A DNA stretch of 32,000 nt, taken from Promethearchaeia archaeon. GTDB taxonomy: Archaea; Asgardarchaeota; Lokiarchaeia; Sigyniarchaeales; SOKP01. The position numbers and the translations under genes are program-made. This document shows, piece by piece, positions 9,594 through 20,171 of the stretch (position 1 is the stretch's first letter; every line of letters begins with the position of its first letter). The notes under the pieces were generated by a model. The model searched no databases, was not told where the DNA came from, and was given only the letters and a program-made list of their open reading frames with translations. The stretch covers positions 2,582-34,581 of the forward strand of contig JAWOFX010000091.1 in assembly GCA_046497275.1 (NCBI GenBank), in the 5' to 3' direction.

Positions 9594-9730
9594 AATTTAA
9601 AAATTAATTTGAAATATTTAAGAATTTTATTTATTTTTTAAACAATAAGAATAGAATTAAAAAGAATCCAGAATTAATAAATAAGAAATCTATATGTTAT
9701 TAGAAAATATTCCATTTAAGTGATATAAAG

Positions 9731-10414
9731 ATGGATCAAATGACAGAAAAGAAAAAAAGCATTAATTTAATTGATGAAACAATTAATGCCATTGATAATA
9801 TTAAGGAATCCCTCCAATCGGCAAAAAATGAATTAGAAAAATTAGAAGAAGATAAAGAAAAACTAAGTAACGAAACAAAATTATTAGAAAGCGAAAAAAT
9901 TCAACTTGAAGAAGAAAAAAGGAATTTAGAACAAGAAAAAATACAATTAGAACAAGATAAAGAGAAATTAATGGAGGCAACTAGAAAACTGGAACAAGAA
10001 AAGGAAGAAAAAGATCAAAGAATTGGAGATCTTACTTCTGAACAAATGAAATTACTCGATGAGTATAAAAAAGTTAAAAAAGAATTAGAAAAACTCTCGA
10101 AAATTGTGGAAGATCAAGAAGAGTTTAATATTGAGCGTATAAAAGCTTTGCTTTCAATTTATAATGTTTTATTGGAAGAGATCTGGCAAGGAACGCCTCA
10201 TTTTAGGATACTCCTTCTAGTTCACGGGGAAAGTGAGGAAATGTCAAGAGAAACAATCAAAAATACTACTGGAATTGAAGGTGCTATGGTTTTGAGAGCA
10301 ATACATGAATTAGCGAATATAGATTTAATTGAATATGATGAAGACAATGATATAGTAAAACTAAAAAAAAGATTATTTAAACGAGAAGATCTAACCGAAA
10401 AAGATGATCAATGA
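9731..10414 (+). CDS. Long coiled-coil protein with C-terminal winged-helix domain, function unknown
   Basis: Leu every 7th residue from 38 to 87. C-terminal HFRILLLVHG..MSRETIKNTTGIEGAMVLRAIHELANIDLIEYDED..VKL has wHTH spacing. Confidence 0.7.
   Translation: MDQMTEKKKSINLIDETINAIDNIKESLQSAKNELEKLEEDKEKLSNETKLLESEKIQLEEEKRNLEQEKIQLEQDKEKLMEATRKLEQEKEEKDQRIGDLTSEQMKLLDEYKKVKKELEKLSKIVEDQEEFNIERIKALLSIYNVLLEEIWQGTPHFRILLLVHGESEEMSRETIKNTTGIEGAMVLRAIHELANIDLIEYDEDNDIVKLKKRLFKREDLTEKDDQ
9842..10009 (+). repeat. Degenerate 21-nt / 7-aa tandem repeat (LExxKxx x8)
   Basis: LEEDKEK LSNETKL LESEKIQ LEEEKRN LEQEKIQ LEQDKEK LMEATRK LEQEKEE; DNA units such as ttagaacaaga recur at 21-nt spacing. Confidence 0.8.
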
Positions 10415-10437
10415 AAATCCAGACCATCTCAATAATA

Positions 10438-11331
10438 TTAATCGGGAAGATCAATATTTAATTTTTTAACAATTTCTTTATATCGTGAACGAAGAGTTAC
10501 TTCTGTTATTCCAATGGTATCGGCAATTTCTTTTTGTGTTAATTCAATATGCTTTAATTTCGTTGCAATATAAATCGCTCCCGCACACAATCCTTTTGGA
10601 TCTTTCCCACTTATTGGGAAATATTTTGTAAACATTTCGACTATTTTTATAGCAACTCGTTCTGTATCCGCATTAAGATTTAACTCAGCATTAAATCGTG
10701 GAATAAGTGCGCTTGGATTGGTATTAGGGGCTTTTAATTTCAATTCCTTAATAATTGCTCGATACGATCGTTTAACATCTTTTGCACTTTCATTCGATTG
10801 CTCTAAAATTTCTTGAAGAGTCCGTGGAATTTTCTTTTTTCTACATGAAAAATATAAACATGCAGCAACCATCGCATTAATAGATCTTCCACGCAATAAT
10901 TTGTTTTTAAAGGCTTGTCTGTAGATCCGCATTGCTTCCATTTTCACATGGGTTGGTAAATCGAGATTACTGCTAATACGTTTTAATTCAGTAGTGGCAA
11001 TAAGTAGATTCCGTTTGGCCCAGGGCATACGAGTATCCCATTTCGCTGCCCTCTTAAGATCAGGATTTTTTATATCTTTTTTATTAATTACGGTTGTTAA
11101 TTCCATATCGGGGATAAGATTGGAAATTGGGGATCCAGTTCTATCACGTGCTTGTTTTTCTTGCTGAGTATATGCTCTTTTTCCACTATGATTGTAATCA
11201 AGTCCTCGCTCATTTATAACTAACCCACAATTCGAGCAGACGATCTCACGTGTATTTTCTATTGCAATAGCTTGTCCTCCGCATTCTGGACAAGTTGTCG
11301 GTTGATTGTCTTTTTCTGATTCTATTCCCAT
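10438..11331 (-). CDS. tfb: Transcription initiation factor IIB (TFB) paralog
   Basis: Zn ribbon CPECG..CSNCG, two cyclin repeats (RGRSINAMVAACLY; GKDPKGLCAGAIY) and the BRE-binding HTH ITEVTLRSRYKEI. Confidence 0.95.
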   Translation of the reverse strand: MGIESEKDNQPTTCPECGGQAIAIENTREIVCSNCGLVINERGLDYNHSGKRAYTQQEKQARDRTGSPISNLIPDMELTTVINKKDIKNPDLKRAAKWDTRMPWAKRNLLIATTELKRISSNLDLPTHVKMEAMRIYRQAFKNKLLRGRSINAMVAACLYFSCRKKKIPRTLQEILEQSNESAKDVKRSYRAIIKELKLKAPNTNPSALIPRFNAELNLNADTERVAIKIVEMFTKYFPISGKDPKGLCAGAIYIATKLKHIELTQKEIADTIGITEVTLRSRYKEIVKKLNIDLPD

Positions 11332-11402
11332 TTTTCAACCCCTAAATATTTATAATCATTAATAAAATAAATAATTTTAAGAAAAAAATTATTGTGTATC
11401 AA

Positions 11403-14012
11403 TTATATAGTTGTTTCTCCTACTTTTTCAAATTCTAAATCTTTATGAGAATTAGTAGCCACTTGTATAAGATCGCCGTCCATAAATTTACCCTCTAATA
11501 TCCTTAAGGATAAAGGATCTTGAATGTATTTTTGTATCGCTCTCTTTAACGGACGCGCTCCAAATTCAGGATCAAATCCTTTTTCAGCGAGAACTTTTTT
11601 AGCATCTTCCGTTAATTCTATTTGTACCTTATGGTCTTCCAAAGTCTTATTGAGTCTTCTAATCTGTATATCCACTATATCTTTTATTTGTTCTCTTTCC
11701 AAGAAATTATAGATAATTATATCATCAACCCTATTAAGAAACTCAGGTTTGAAATGTCGTCTCATGGTCTTCATAATTAAATCTTCATCAATATCCTTGC
11801 CACTTTCCCGTGCTTCCAATATATATTGACTGCCGATATTACTTGTCATAATCAATACTGTATTCTTAAAATCGACAGTTCTGCCGTGCCCATCAGTAAG
11901 ACGTCCATCATCCATAATTTGTAAAAGTATATTAAATACATCTTGATGTGCTTTTTCAATCTCATCAAATAGAATAACAGAATAAGGTCTCCTTCTCACA
12001 GATTCGGTTAAATAGCCTCCTTCTTCGAATCCAACATAACCCGGAGGGGCTCCAATCAATCTGGCAACACTATGCCTCTCCATAAATTCTGACATATCTA
12101 TTCTTACCATCGCATCTTCATCATCAAATAAGAATTCTGCTAACGCTTTTGCTGTTTCAGTTTTTCCCACTCCAGTAGGTCCTAAGAAAATGAACACACC
12201 AATAGGTCGATTAGGATCTTGAATCCCTGCTCGTGCTCTTCTAATTGCATTTGAAACTGCTTTTAATGCTTGATCTTGCCCAACTACCCTCTTTTTCAAA
12301 CGATCTTCCATTTTTAATAATTTTTCTCTTTCAGTTTCTAGCATTTTTGAGATAGGTATTCCAGTCCATTGAGAAACCACCTCAGCAATATCTTCTTCTC
12401 CTACTTCTTCTTTCAGCATCGGAGATTCTTCTTGAATTTCCTCCAATTTTTCTTGATTTTCTTTTAAATCTTTCTTTAATTCATTTAGTACTCCGTAGGT
12501 TAATTCAGCAGCTTTTTCAAGTTCTCCTCTCTTTTCTGCTTTTTCTGCTTGTAATTTTGTTTCTTCTATTTTTTTCTTTGTTTCACTGATTTTAGTAATA
12601 ATTTCTTTTTCATTTCTCCATCTTAGTTTTAATTGATCTGCTTGTTCTTGTAATTCATGCAGTTCTTCTTCTATTCTTTCTTTTCTTTCTTCTGCTGCTT
12701 TTCCAGTTTCTTTTTTAAGTGCTTCTTTTTGAATTTCAAGTTGAATAATTTGGCGTTCTATCTCATCAATTTCAGTAGGCATACTGTCGATTTCTATTCG
12801 TAATCTTGAAGCGGCTTCATCCATTAAGTCTATTGCTTTATCTGGCAAAAATCTTGCCGAAATGTAACGATTAGATAATTTAGCTGCCGCAATAATTGCA
12901 GAATCGGATATTCGTACACCATGATGTACTTCATATCGTTCTTTAAGTCCACGTAGGATAGCGATAGTATCTTCAACACTAGGTTCCTCTACATATACAG
13001 TTTGAAATCTTCTGGTTAATGCTGCATCTTTTTCAATATATTTCCGATATTCATCTAATGTCGTAGCCCCTATAGCCCTTAATTCGCCTCTCGCCAGCGC
13101 AGGTTTCAACATATTTGACGCATCTATCGCTCCTTCAGCCGCACCAGCACCTACAAGAGTGTGTAATTCATCAATAAATAGAATATATTTTCCCGCACCT
13201 TCTTCAACTTCTTTCAAAAATGCTTTAAGTCTATCTTCAAATTCTCCTCGATATTTCGCACCTGCTACCATCGAGGCCAAATCTAATGCTACAATCTCTT
13301 TATTTTTTAATAATTCGGGCACATCTTCATTTGCAATTCTTTGAGCCAAACCTTCTACAATAGCAGTCTTTCCTACTCCCGCTTCTCCAATCAAAACAGG
13401 ATTATTTTTAGTTCTTCTAGAAAGAATATGCATAAGGCGTCGGATTTCTTTATCTCGCCCGATAACAGGATCCAATTTTCCTCTACGAGCTAAATCAGTT
13501 AAATTTCGACTATATTTATCAATTGCACGGTATTTTGCTTCAGGATTTTGATCAATAATTCGTCTACTACCCCTCACAGCTTTAAGTGAGGTAAGAATTC
13601 TATCCTTGGTGATCCCAAAGTTCTGCATAACTTTATAAATAGGCAGTGTATCAACAGACGCTAAAGCCATGAGAACATGCTCAGTACTTAAATACTCATC
13701 TCTCATATTAGCAGCAATTTCCCACGCAACATCAAACATTTTCTTCGTATTTTGTGAGATTCGTGCTTCTCCAGCCCCTGTTCCAGTTACTTGTGGTAAT
13801 TTCTCGAGTTCATTATTTAAATCGTTTAAAAAATGTGAAATATTAATACCTAACTTTTGTAATAAGGGACGAGCTACTCCATCTTGCTGTTCTGCCAGGG
13901 ATATTAAAACATGAACTGGTTCAATTAATTGATGATTATTATTATCTGCTAATGATTTTGCCGTCATTAGCGCTTCTTGCACTTTAACTGTAAATTTATC
14001 TAATTTCATCAT
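11403..14012 (-). CDS. clpB: ATP-dependent disaggregase ClpB
   Basis: Clp N-domain, NBD1 [14 protein letters not shown], pore loop GAKYRGEFE, coiled-coil M-domain ([22 protein letters not shown]), NBD2 [21 protein letters not shown] loop, GARPLKR. No IGF/IGL ClpP-docking loop seen. SD-like GGGTGAG upstream. Confidence 0.97.
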   Translation of the reverse strand: MMKLDKFTVKVQEALMTAKSLADNNNHQLIEPVHVLISLAEQQDGVARPLLQKLGINISHFLNDLNNELEKLPQVTGTGAGEARISQNTKKMFDVAWEIAANMRDEYLSTEHVLMALASVDTLPIYKVMQNFGITKDRILTSLKAVRGSRRIIDQNPEAKYRAIDKYSRNLTDLARRGKLDPVIGRDKEIRRLMHILSRRTKNNPVLIGEAGVGKTAIVEGLAQRIANEDVPELLKNKEIVALDLASMVAGAKYRGEFEDRLKAFLKEVEEGAGKYILFIDELHTLVGAGAAEGAIDASNMLKPALARGELRAIGATTLDEYRKYIEKDAALTRRFQTVYVEEPSVEDTIAILRGLKERYEVHHGVRISDSAIIAAAKLSNRYISARFLPDKAIDLMDEAASRLRIEIDSMPTEIDEIERQIIQLEIQKEALKKETGKAAEERKERIEEELHELQEQADQLKLRWRNEKEIITKISETKKKIEETKLQAEKAEKRGELEKAAELTYGVLNELKKDLKENQEKLEEIQEESPMLKEEVGEEDIAEVVSQWTGIPISKMLETEREKLLKMEDRLKKRVVGQDQALKAVSNAIRRARAGIQDPNRPIGVFIFLGPTGVGKTETAKALAEFLFDDEDAMVRIDMSEFMERHSVARLIGAPPGYVGFEEGGYLTESVRRRPYSVILFDEIEKAHQDVFNILLQIMDDGRLTDGHGRTVDFKNTVLIMTSNIGSQYILEARESGKDIDEDLIMKTMRRHFKPEFLNRVDDIIIYNFLEREQIKDIVDIQIRRLNKTLEDHKVQIELTEDAKKVLAEKGFDPEFGARPLKRAIQKYIQDPLSLRILEGKFMDGDLIQVATNSHKDLEFEKVGETTI

Positions 14013-14028
14013 TTTCTCTCACCCTTTA

Positions 14029-15075
14029 TTATAATCCTGTTTTCTTTAATTCCTCTAACAAATCTTTTTGTTTTTTATTAAGATTACTGGGAACTTTGAT
14101 TTTTATTCGTACCATTAAATTTCCTCTATTCTCAGAATTTATGATAGAAAATCCTTGATTTTTTAATCGCAATACCGTACCATCTTCAGTCCCAGCGGGG
14201 ACAGAAACATTTAAATTGCGATTGATCCCTTGAACTTGGATTTGTCCACCTAAAGCGGCAGTTGTGAATGGAATTTCTGCGTTCACATATACGTCATCTC
14301 CCTTTCTCTCAAAAATAGGATGATCATTAATATGAATATTAATATAGAGATCTCCCGATTTTCCTCCGTTTGTGCCTGGCATTCCTTTTCCTTTTAAGCG
14401 GAGTTTTTGCCCTTCCCGAATACCTTTAGGGATTTTGACTGTTAACGTTTCTGTTGATCTTGTTTGAGGATTTGTAAATTGTATTCGCTTTTTTCCACCA
14501 TAGAATGCATCCATAAAATCGATGGTCATATCATATTTTAAATCTTGTCCTTCTTGAGGTACATTTCTAGACGTTCTTCTTCCAAATGGAGAACCCGACT
14601 TTGCGCTACGACTTCTTCCGCCACCTCCGAACACATCAAAAATGTCTTCAAGATCACTAAAAAAGTCAAAACTCGATGCCTGTCCAGATCCGCCTCTCCC
14701 CCCCATTCCTCCAAAAATATCTCCAAAGTCAAATCCACCTCCTCCGGGGCTTCCCGAAGAATAATATACAGTTCGACCATCTGGGGTTCTATAAACTCCG
14801 CCACCAGGACCTCCAGGTCCACCGGGACCTCCAGGGCCTCCTTTAGGCATCTCTCCTTCTGTGACTCCGAATTTATCATACATTTCACGCTTTTCTTCGT
14901 CACTAAGAACTCTATACGCTTCATTGATCTTTTTAAATTTTTCACCTGATCTATCCTCATCTGGATTAACATCAGGGTGATATTTTCGTGCTTGCTTACG
15001 GAATGCTCTCTTTATCTCGTCCTGTGTGGCACTCTTGTCTATTCCCAATATTTTATAATAATCTTTTTTTGCCAT
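14029..15075 (-). CDS. dnaJ: Class B (type II, CbpA-like) J-domain co-chaperone
   Basis: J-domain with HPD, long G/F-rich linker and C-terminal substrate-binding domains ([25 protein letters not shown]). No CxxCxGxG zinc fingers. Confidence 0.92.
   Translation of the reverse strand: MAKKDYYKILGIDKSATQDEIKRAFRKQARKYHPDVNPDEDRSGEKFKKINEAYRVLSDEEKREMYDKFGVTEGEMPKGGPGGPGGPGGPGGGVYRTPDGRTVYYSSGSPGGGGFDFGDIFGGMGGRGGSGQASSFDFFSDLEDIFDVFGGGGRSRSAKSGSPFGRRTSRNVPQEGQDLKYDMTIDFMDAFYGGKKRIQFTNPQTRSTETLTVKIPKGIREGQKLRLKGKGMPGTNGGKSGDLYINIHINDHPIFERKGDDVYVNAEIPFTTAALGGQIQVQGINRNLNVSVPAGTEDGTVLRLKNQGFSIINSENRGNLMVRIKIKVPSNLNKKQKDLLEELKKTGL
14806..14841 (-). repeat. (Gly-Gly-Pro)x4 coding microrepeat in the DnaJ G/F region
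   Basis: gga ggc cct gga ggt ccc ggt gga cct gga ggt cct; codons are synonymously diverged. Confidence 0.85.
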
Positions 15076-15141
15076 AAATTTGAAACCTCATTAAATAATA
15101 ACATAAATCATAATACAATAATTAATAATCGTACATAAATT

Positions 15142-15177
15142 AAAAAAATAAAAAAAATAAATTAGACTTTAAGTCTA
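15142..15177 (-). terminator. Short palindrome plus oligo-T tracts after dnaK
   Basis: TAGACTT-N-AAGTCTA (15163-15177) overlaps the dnaK stop and is followed on the minus strand by T8-A-T7. Confidence 0.5.
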
Positions 15178-17085
15178 TTCATACTCCGCATCTACTACAT
15201 CATCTTGACCTGTAGCTCGACGGTATTGTTCCTCTTCAATCTCATCTTGGGTCTTTTTCGGTCCGCCAGAACTATATGTAGATCCAGGTGTTCCACCCAT
15301 ACCTCCAGGTGGAGCTCCTTGATATGCTTGACCGGGTTGTTGCCCTTGACCATACATTCTTGAGGAAACTTCATGTAGAGCTTGTTGTAGTGCTTCTATT
15401 TTGTTTTCTATGTTCTGTTTATCGTCAGTTTGAAGTGCATTCTTCAAATCTTCGATTTTTTGATCAATTTTATCTTTGAGATCTCCGACCATTTCTTCAT
15501 TTTCCCGAAGGATCTTTTCAGCTTGATATACGATTGCCTCTCCACGATTTCGAACTTCTATAAGTTCTTTGAACTTTTTGTCTTCTTCTGCATGTCGTTC
15601 GGCTTCCCTGACTTTCTCTTCAATTTCTTCATCACCCATCTTAGTCGATGCGGTGATTGTAATTGATTGAGATTGTCCAGTAGCCTTATCTTCAGCTGTG
15701 ACATTTAGGATACCGTCAGCATCAATATCGAAAGTGACTTTAATTTGAGGCACTCCTCGTGGAGCTGGTGGAATTCCACTCAGATGAAATTTACCAAGTG
15801 AAATATTATCTCTCGCTTTTGGTCGTTCTCCTTGTAGTACATGAATCTCAACTGTATTTTGATTATCGGCAGCAGTTGTGAAGGTTTCTGTAGCTTGTGT
15901 TGGAATGGTAGTATTTCTGTCAATTAATTTTGTAAAGACTCCACCTAATGTTTCAACTCCTAAAGACAATGGAGTCACATCCAACAATAATAGATCTTCT
16001 ACTTCACCGGTTAATACTCCTCCTTGAATGGCAGCACCCATCGCAACACATTCCATCGGATCGATACCGCGTTCTGGTTTCGCTCCTAAGAATTCCTTGA
16101 ATTTTTCTTGGACACTTGGCATTCTGGTTGGACCTCCAACAAGAATAATTTTATCGACTTCATTGCTTTTCATTCCTGCATCTTGAATAGCCTTTTTAAT
16201 TGGACCCTCTAACCTCTTTAATACAGGGTCTATCAACTGTTCTAATTTTGCTCTCGTAATCTCCATGTTTAGATGTTTTGGACCAGAATCTGTTGCTGTG
16301 ACATAGGGTAAATTAATCTCAGTTTTTAATACTGTAGATAATTCGATCTTTGCCTTTTCAGCAGCTTCTTTGACTCTTTGTAGTGCCATTTTATCGTTTC
16401 GTAAATCAACACCTTCTTGTTTCTTGAATTCCTCTACGATGTATTCAACGAGTTTGTCGTCCATATCACGACCGCCTAATTGTGTATCTCCAGCAGTGGA
16501 AATAACTTCAAATACTCGATCGTCCATTTCCATTATAGTGACATCAAATGTACCGCCTCCAAGATCTAATACTGCAATGTTTAAATGTTGTCCTTTTTTA
16601 TCCAAACCAAATGCTACGGCTGCAGCGGTCGGTTCGTTAATTAATCGGCGAACATTTAATCCGGCGATCTTACCAGCGTCCTTGGTTGCTTGTCTCTGAT
16701 TGTCGTTAAAATAGGCTGGAACAGTTATTATCGCATCTGTGACTTCCTCTCCTAAATAGTCGCTGGCATCTTGCTTAATCTTTCTTAGGATCATAGCAGA
16801 GATTTCTTGTGGAGAATATTCCTTCCCGTCAATTTCAACGGTGTATGAGGTTCCCATTTTTCTTTTGATTCCTGTAATGGTTCGCTCAGGATTTGAAATT
16901 GCTTGTCGTCTGGCAGGTTCTCCTACTAATCTTTGCCCATCCTTAGTGAATGCTACGACTGATGGAAATGCTTTACCGTATAAAGTAACACCTTCCTTAC
17001 TCGGAATAATCTCAGGATGGCCACCACTTAATATAGCGGCTGCGGAGTTGCTTGTTCCTAGGTCAATACCAATTATTTTTCCCAT
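15175..17085 (-). CDS. dnaK: Molecular chaperone DnaK (Hsp70)
   Basis: [64 protein letters not shown] tail. Lacks the ~23-aa NBD insert of Gram-negative DnaK. Confidence 0.98.
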   Translation of the reverse strand: MGKIIGIDLGTSNSAAAILSGGHPEIIPSKEGVTLYGKAFPSVVAFTKDGQRLVGEPARRQAISNPERTITGIKRKMGTSYTVEIDGKEYSPQEISAMILRKIKQDASDYLGEEVTDAIITVPAYFNDNQRQATKDAGKIAGLNVRRLINEPTAAAVAFGLDKKGQHLNIAVLDLGGGTFDVTIMEMDDRVFEVISTAGDTQLGGRDMDDKLVEYIVEEFKKQEGVDLRNDKMALQRVKEAAEKAKIELSTVLKTEINLPYVTATDSGPKHLNMEITRAKLEQLIDPVLKRLEGPIKKAIQDAGMKSNEVDKIILVGGPTRMPSVQEKFKEFLGAKPERGIDPMECVAMGAAIQGGVLTGEVEDLLLLDVTPLSLGVETLGGVFTKLIDRNTTIPTQATETFTTAADNQNTVEIHVLQGERPKARDNISLGKFHLSGIPPAPRGVPQIKVTFDIDADGILNVTAEDKATGQSQSITITASTKMGDEEIEEKVREAERHAEEDKKFKELIEVRNRGEAIVYQAEKILRENEEMVGDLKDKIDQKIEDLKNALQTDDKQNIENKIEALQQALHEVSSRMYGQGQQPGQAYQGAPPGGMGGTPGSTYSSGGPKKTQDEIEEEQYRRATGQDDVVDAEYE

Positions 17086-17158
17086 ATTGTTTCACTTCTT
17101 AATTTATTTTATATTTAGAATTTTTAATTTGATTTTTCTTTAATTTTTATTAACAAAA

Positions 17159-17806
17159 TTAACATAATTTTTTAGAAACCACGACCTTTGCTGGCCTTAA
17201 GACTTCCTTGTTAAAATAATATCCTTTTTCTAATTCTTCGAGCACAGTATTTTCGGGTTTATCACTATCTTCTCGAACTAACATCGCATCATGTTTATAC
17301 GGATCGAATTTTTCTCCTTCACAGTCCATTGGTTCAATGCCTTCTTCCTTTAATATTTTCTCGAAGTTCGTAAGGATCATCTCAAACCCTTTCTTTATTG
17401 AATGATCATCTTCCAGAGTATTGATGATTTCGTTTGCACGTTTTAAATCATCATAATGACTGACAAGTTTTCGAACTATCTTCTCTGTGGCAAAACGTTT
17501 ATAATTCGCACTATCTCGATCGACGCGCTTTTTATAATTCTCATAATCTGCTTGAAGTATTTGTAATCTATTCAGGTATTTTTCATTTTGTTCTTTAAGA
17601 TCTTTGATTTTTGCTTGGGCTTCGTCGAGTTTCTGTTGAAGTTCATCGTTTTTTTCTTTTGATTCTTCCTTCTCTTTCTTGAGATCTTCGTATTTTTGTT
17701 CCTTTTCTATAAGCTCCTTAAATCTTTCAACTGAAATCTGATTTTTTTCTCGATTAGAGTGATTTTGTGGATACATTTTCCTTTCAAATTGGTTTCTAAA
17801 TACCAT
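17159..17806 (-). CDS. grpE: Nucleotide exchange factor GrpE
   Basis: N-terminal coiled coil, LQADYENYKKR, GEKFDPYKHDAM, KGYYFNKEVLRPAKVVVSK. Confidence 0.95.
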   Translation of the reverse strand: MVFRNQFERKMYPQNHSNREKNQISVERFKELIEKEQKYEDLKKEKEESKEKNDELQQKLDEAQAKIKDLKEQNEKYLNRLQILQADYENYKKRVDRDSANYKRFATEKIVRKLVSHYDDLKRANEIINTLEDDHSIKKGFEMILTNFEKILKEEGIEPMDCEGEKFDPYKHDAMLVREDSDKPENTVLEELEKGYYFNKEVLRPAKVVVSKKLC

Positions 17807-17836
17807 ATTTTTCAGCTTTTTTTATTATGTCAACCG

Positions 17837-17889
17837 AAGGTTTACAATTAAACCTTACTTAATATTATTTGTAAATTGAAATATTTAAA
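17837..17889 (-). promoter_or_regulatory. Candidate grpE-dnaK promoter: TATA box (17882-17889) and palindromic operator (17837-17856)
   Basis: TTTAAATA on the minus strand; AAGGTTTA-CAAT-TAAACCTT perfect 8-bp inverted repeat lies between it and the grpE ATG. Confidence 0.45.
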
Positions 17890-18076
17890 TATTACGATTT
17901 TCAAATATAATAAAAGAAGAACCTTTCCTTTCACAATTTAAACTTTTTTCTAAATTTCATTTATTGGATATATATCTCATTTATAAAGGATTAGAGCCGT
18001 CAAATTCTAAAGTTCTATATTATTGTGGTAAAATAACTATAAAAAGGTCGTGGTTTCACGTTATTAGAAAAGATTT

Positions 18077-19486
18077 TTAATTTGTATCAGACTTATTTCG
18101 AATAATTTCCAAATGTTTTTTTAGAGTTTCGACAAGGTTAGCTTTTTCCTTCCAAAGATTATGTTGTTCTTGCGGATCTTTTCTTAAATTGTATAATTGA
18201 CCTTTGGGCATTCCTTTTTTTGCTCTCTTTCGTATTGGAGGGGTAAATCCCCCTGAACCAAGACCCTTTATTAATTTCCAATCTCCATTTCGAATGGCAA
18301 ATAATCCAATATCAGAATGATTTATCATAAACTCCCTTATATTGTTTGTACTCTTTTTTCCTAAAAATGCATTCAACATGTTTTCGCTATCTTCTGCAGC
18401 ATTCGGGAGGGATTCTCCAATAAGAGCACATAGAGTTCCAAAAATATCTACCAAACAGGTAGGTTCATTCGAGATTGCATTTGTAGGAATATGGTTTTTC
18501 CATTTTGCAATCAAGGGTATTCGATGTCCCCCTTCCCAAATATCAGCTTTTTGTCCCCTCCAATTCCCATTAGATTTATGACCATAATCTTTACCATTAT
18601 AACAAATGGCTCGGGCTCCATTATCACTTGTTATAATTAAAAGAGTTTTATCTAATAATCCTAAATGTTCAAGTTCTTGATATATCTGCCCAACTATCCA
18701 ATCAAATAGTACAACCATATCCCCTCGATCTCCTGCTTCGCTTTTCCCAATAACAAAATCTGGTCTAATATCACATGGACGATGAGGAGCTGAGGTACAA
18801 AAGTATAGAAAAAATGGGTTATCCTTCTGTTCCGCTACGTGCGTATTAATGAATTCTTTAGCTTTCTCTGTGAATTTAATATCTACTTCTTCATCTCTCC
18901 ATCCTGGTGTCATCAAGCCTTGTACTTGTTGTTGGTATAACTCTTCTTTCATTATACTGGGAATTCCTACAGTATGGTCATTTTCTATAAAGCAATACGG
19001 ATGCATATCCAGAGAGCCTGGAATTCCAAAAAAATAATCAAAACCTAATGATAGTGGGCCATCTTTGATTGGTTTACTATAATCAACATTCGGTTCTTTT
19101 TCCATCAAATTCATTATCGGCTCATAATCAGGAGTGGGCCATTTCAGACCTAAATGCCACTTTCCTATCGCGGCTGTATGATAGCCCTTCTTTTTAAGAA
19201 GGGAAGCGATGGTTGGTCGGTCTTTCTCAATTATAGGCCAACTATATCCCCACAACACACCTCGCTTTAAACGCGATCGCCAGCTATATCTTCCTGTAAT
19301 TATTGAATATCTACTCGGTGAACAAACTGCCGAAGAAGAATGAGCATCTGTAAATCTTATGCCCTCAAAGGCAATTTTATCTATGTGAGGTGTAGGTATT
19401 TTCTCAGAACCATAACAACCAACATCTCCATAACCTAAATCATCAGCAAGTATAAAAATAATGTTTGGATATGATATTTCTTCCAT
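18077..19486 (-). CDS. Cys-type arylsulfatase (sulfatase S1 family), cytoplasmic
   Basis: PNIIFILADDLGYGD, formylglycine motif CSPSR, GKWHLG, TSDNG, KADIWEGGHRIP, LYNLRKDPQEQHNL. No signal peptide. Confidence 0.95.
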   Translation of the reverse strand: MEEISYPNIIFILADDLGYGDVGCYGSEKIPTPHIDKIAFEGIRFTDAHSSSAVCSPSRYSIITGRYSWRSRLKRGVLWGYSWPIIEKDRPTIASLLKKKGYHTAAIGKWHLGLKWPTPDYEPIMNLMEKEPNVDYSKPIKDGPLSLGFDYFFGIPGSLDMHPYCFIENDHTVGIPSIMKEELYQQQVQGLMTPGWRDEEVDIKFTEKAKEFINTHVAEQKDNPFFLYFCTSAPHRPCDIRPDFVIGKSEAGDRGDMVVLFDWIVGQIYQELEHLGLLDKTLLIITSDNGARAICYNGKDYGHKSNGNWRGQKADIWEGGHRIPLIAKWKNHIPTNAISNEPTCLVDIFGTLCALIGESLPNAAEDSENMLNAFLGKKSTNNIREFMINHSDIGLFAIRNGDWKLIKGLGSGGFTPPIRKRAKKGMPKGQLYNLRKDPQEQHNLWKEKANLVETLKKHLEIIRNKSDTN

Positions 19487-19616
19487 AGTTTTATATAGAT
19501 GGTGTTGATTTTAAACTTTTTTAGGAAGAAGTTATTTGATGATAAAATAATTCCAAAAGATCATGTTGAAGTCATTATTAATAATAGTGTAAATTTTTTT
19601 AAAAAAAAAGAAAGAA

Positions 19617-20171
19617 TTAAGTTAATCTTTTTTTTGTGATGCGAATCACCAACAGGATTAGGGCTATAAAGAAAAATCCAATTCCTAAAATCAGAAGAGA
19701 AAATTTAATTAATGCGCTAATTGAAGCAATAAATGGGACAATTGCAATAAAACTTGCTGGATTCTGAAGCATAATGAGTAAATTAATATTTTCAATTAGG
19801 TCAAATATTCCCGCGATTAAAGGTATTAGTGTAATATATAATCCTATGCTCTGAATTTTTCCGCTTAAGTTACGAGAAACTAAAAGAATAGACGCCGAGA
19901 TAAAAAATCCATATCCGATAATATATAAGAAATCCCAGTAGACTCCAATGGTTTGAGCTTCTATTCCGACAGTACCCCAAGCGGCGAATATTACTGTGAT
20001 TCTCTCTGCAGTCCATGCGAATTCAAAATCTAACACATTATAAGTTGAGACAAACTTAGACAAGGGGGCAAACACTAATTGATTAATTAATATGAATAGT
20101 ACAAATGCCCCAATAGTGATTATTACCAGATATAGGGTACGCGGAAATTCTTTTAACTTATCTAAGAACAA
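19617..20171 (-). CDS. Hypothetical 4-5 TM membrane protein
   Basis: TTG start with SD-like AAGGT; hydrophobic helices carrying YWDFLY and GIFDLIEN polar motifs. Confidence 0.7.
   Translation of the reverse strand: MFLDKLKEFPRTLYLVIITIGAFVLFILINQLVFAPLSKFVSTYNVLDFEFAWTAERITVIFAAWGTVGIEAQTIGVYWDFLYIIGYGFFISASILLVSRNLSGKIQSIGLYITLIPLIAGIFDLIENINLLIMLQNPASFIAIVPFIASISALIKFSLLILGIGFFFIALILLVIRITKKRLT

Noticed and set aside
11403-14012. ClpC/ClpA (protease-associated) assignment
   Set aside because: The long M-domain, absence of a ClpP-docking tripeptide and the dnaK context indicate ClpB.
14538-14972. 144-aa same-strand alternate-frame ORF and 134-aa antisense ORF (14545-14949) inside dnaJ
   Set aside because: Explained by stop-codon depletion in the GC-rich Gly/Pro linker; no start context or motifs.
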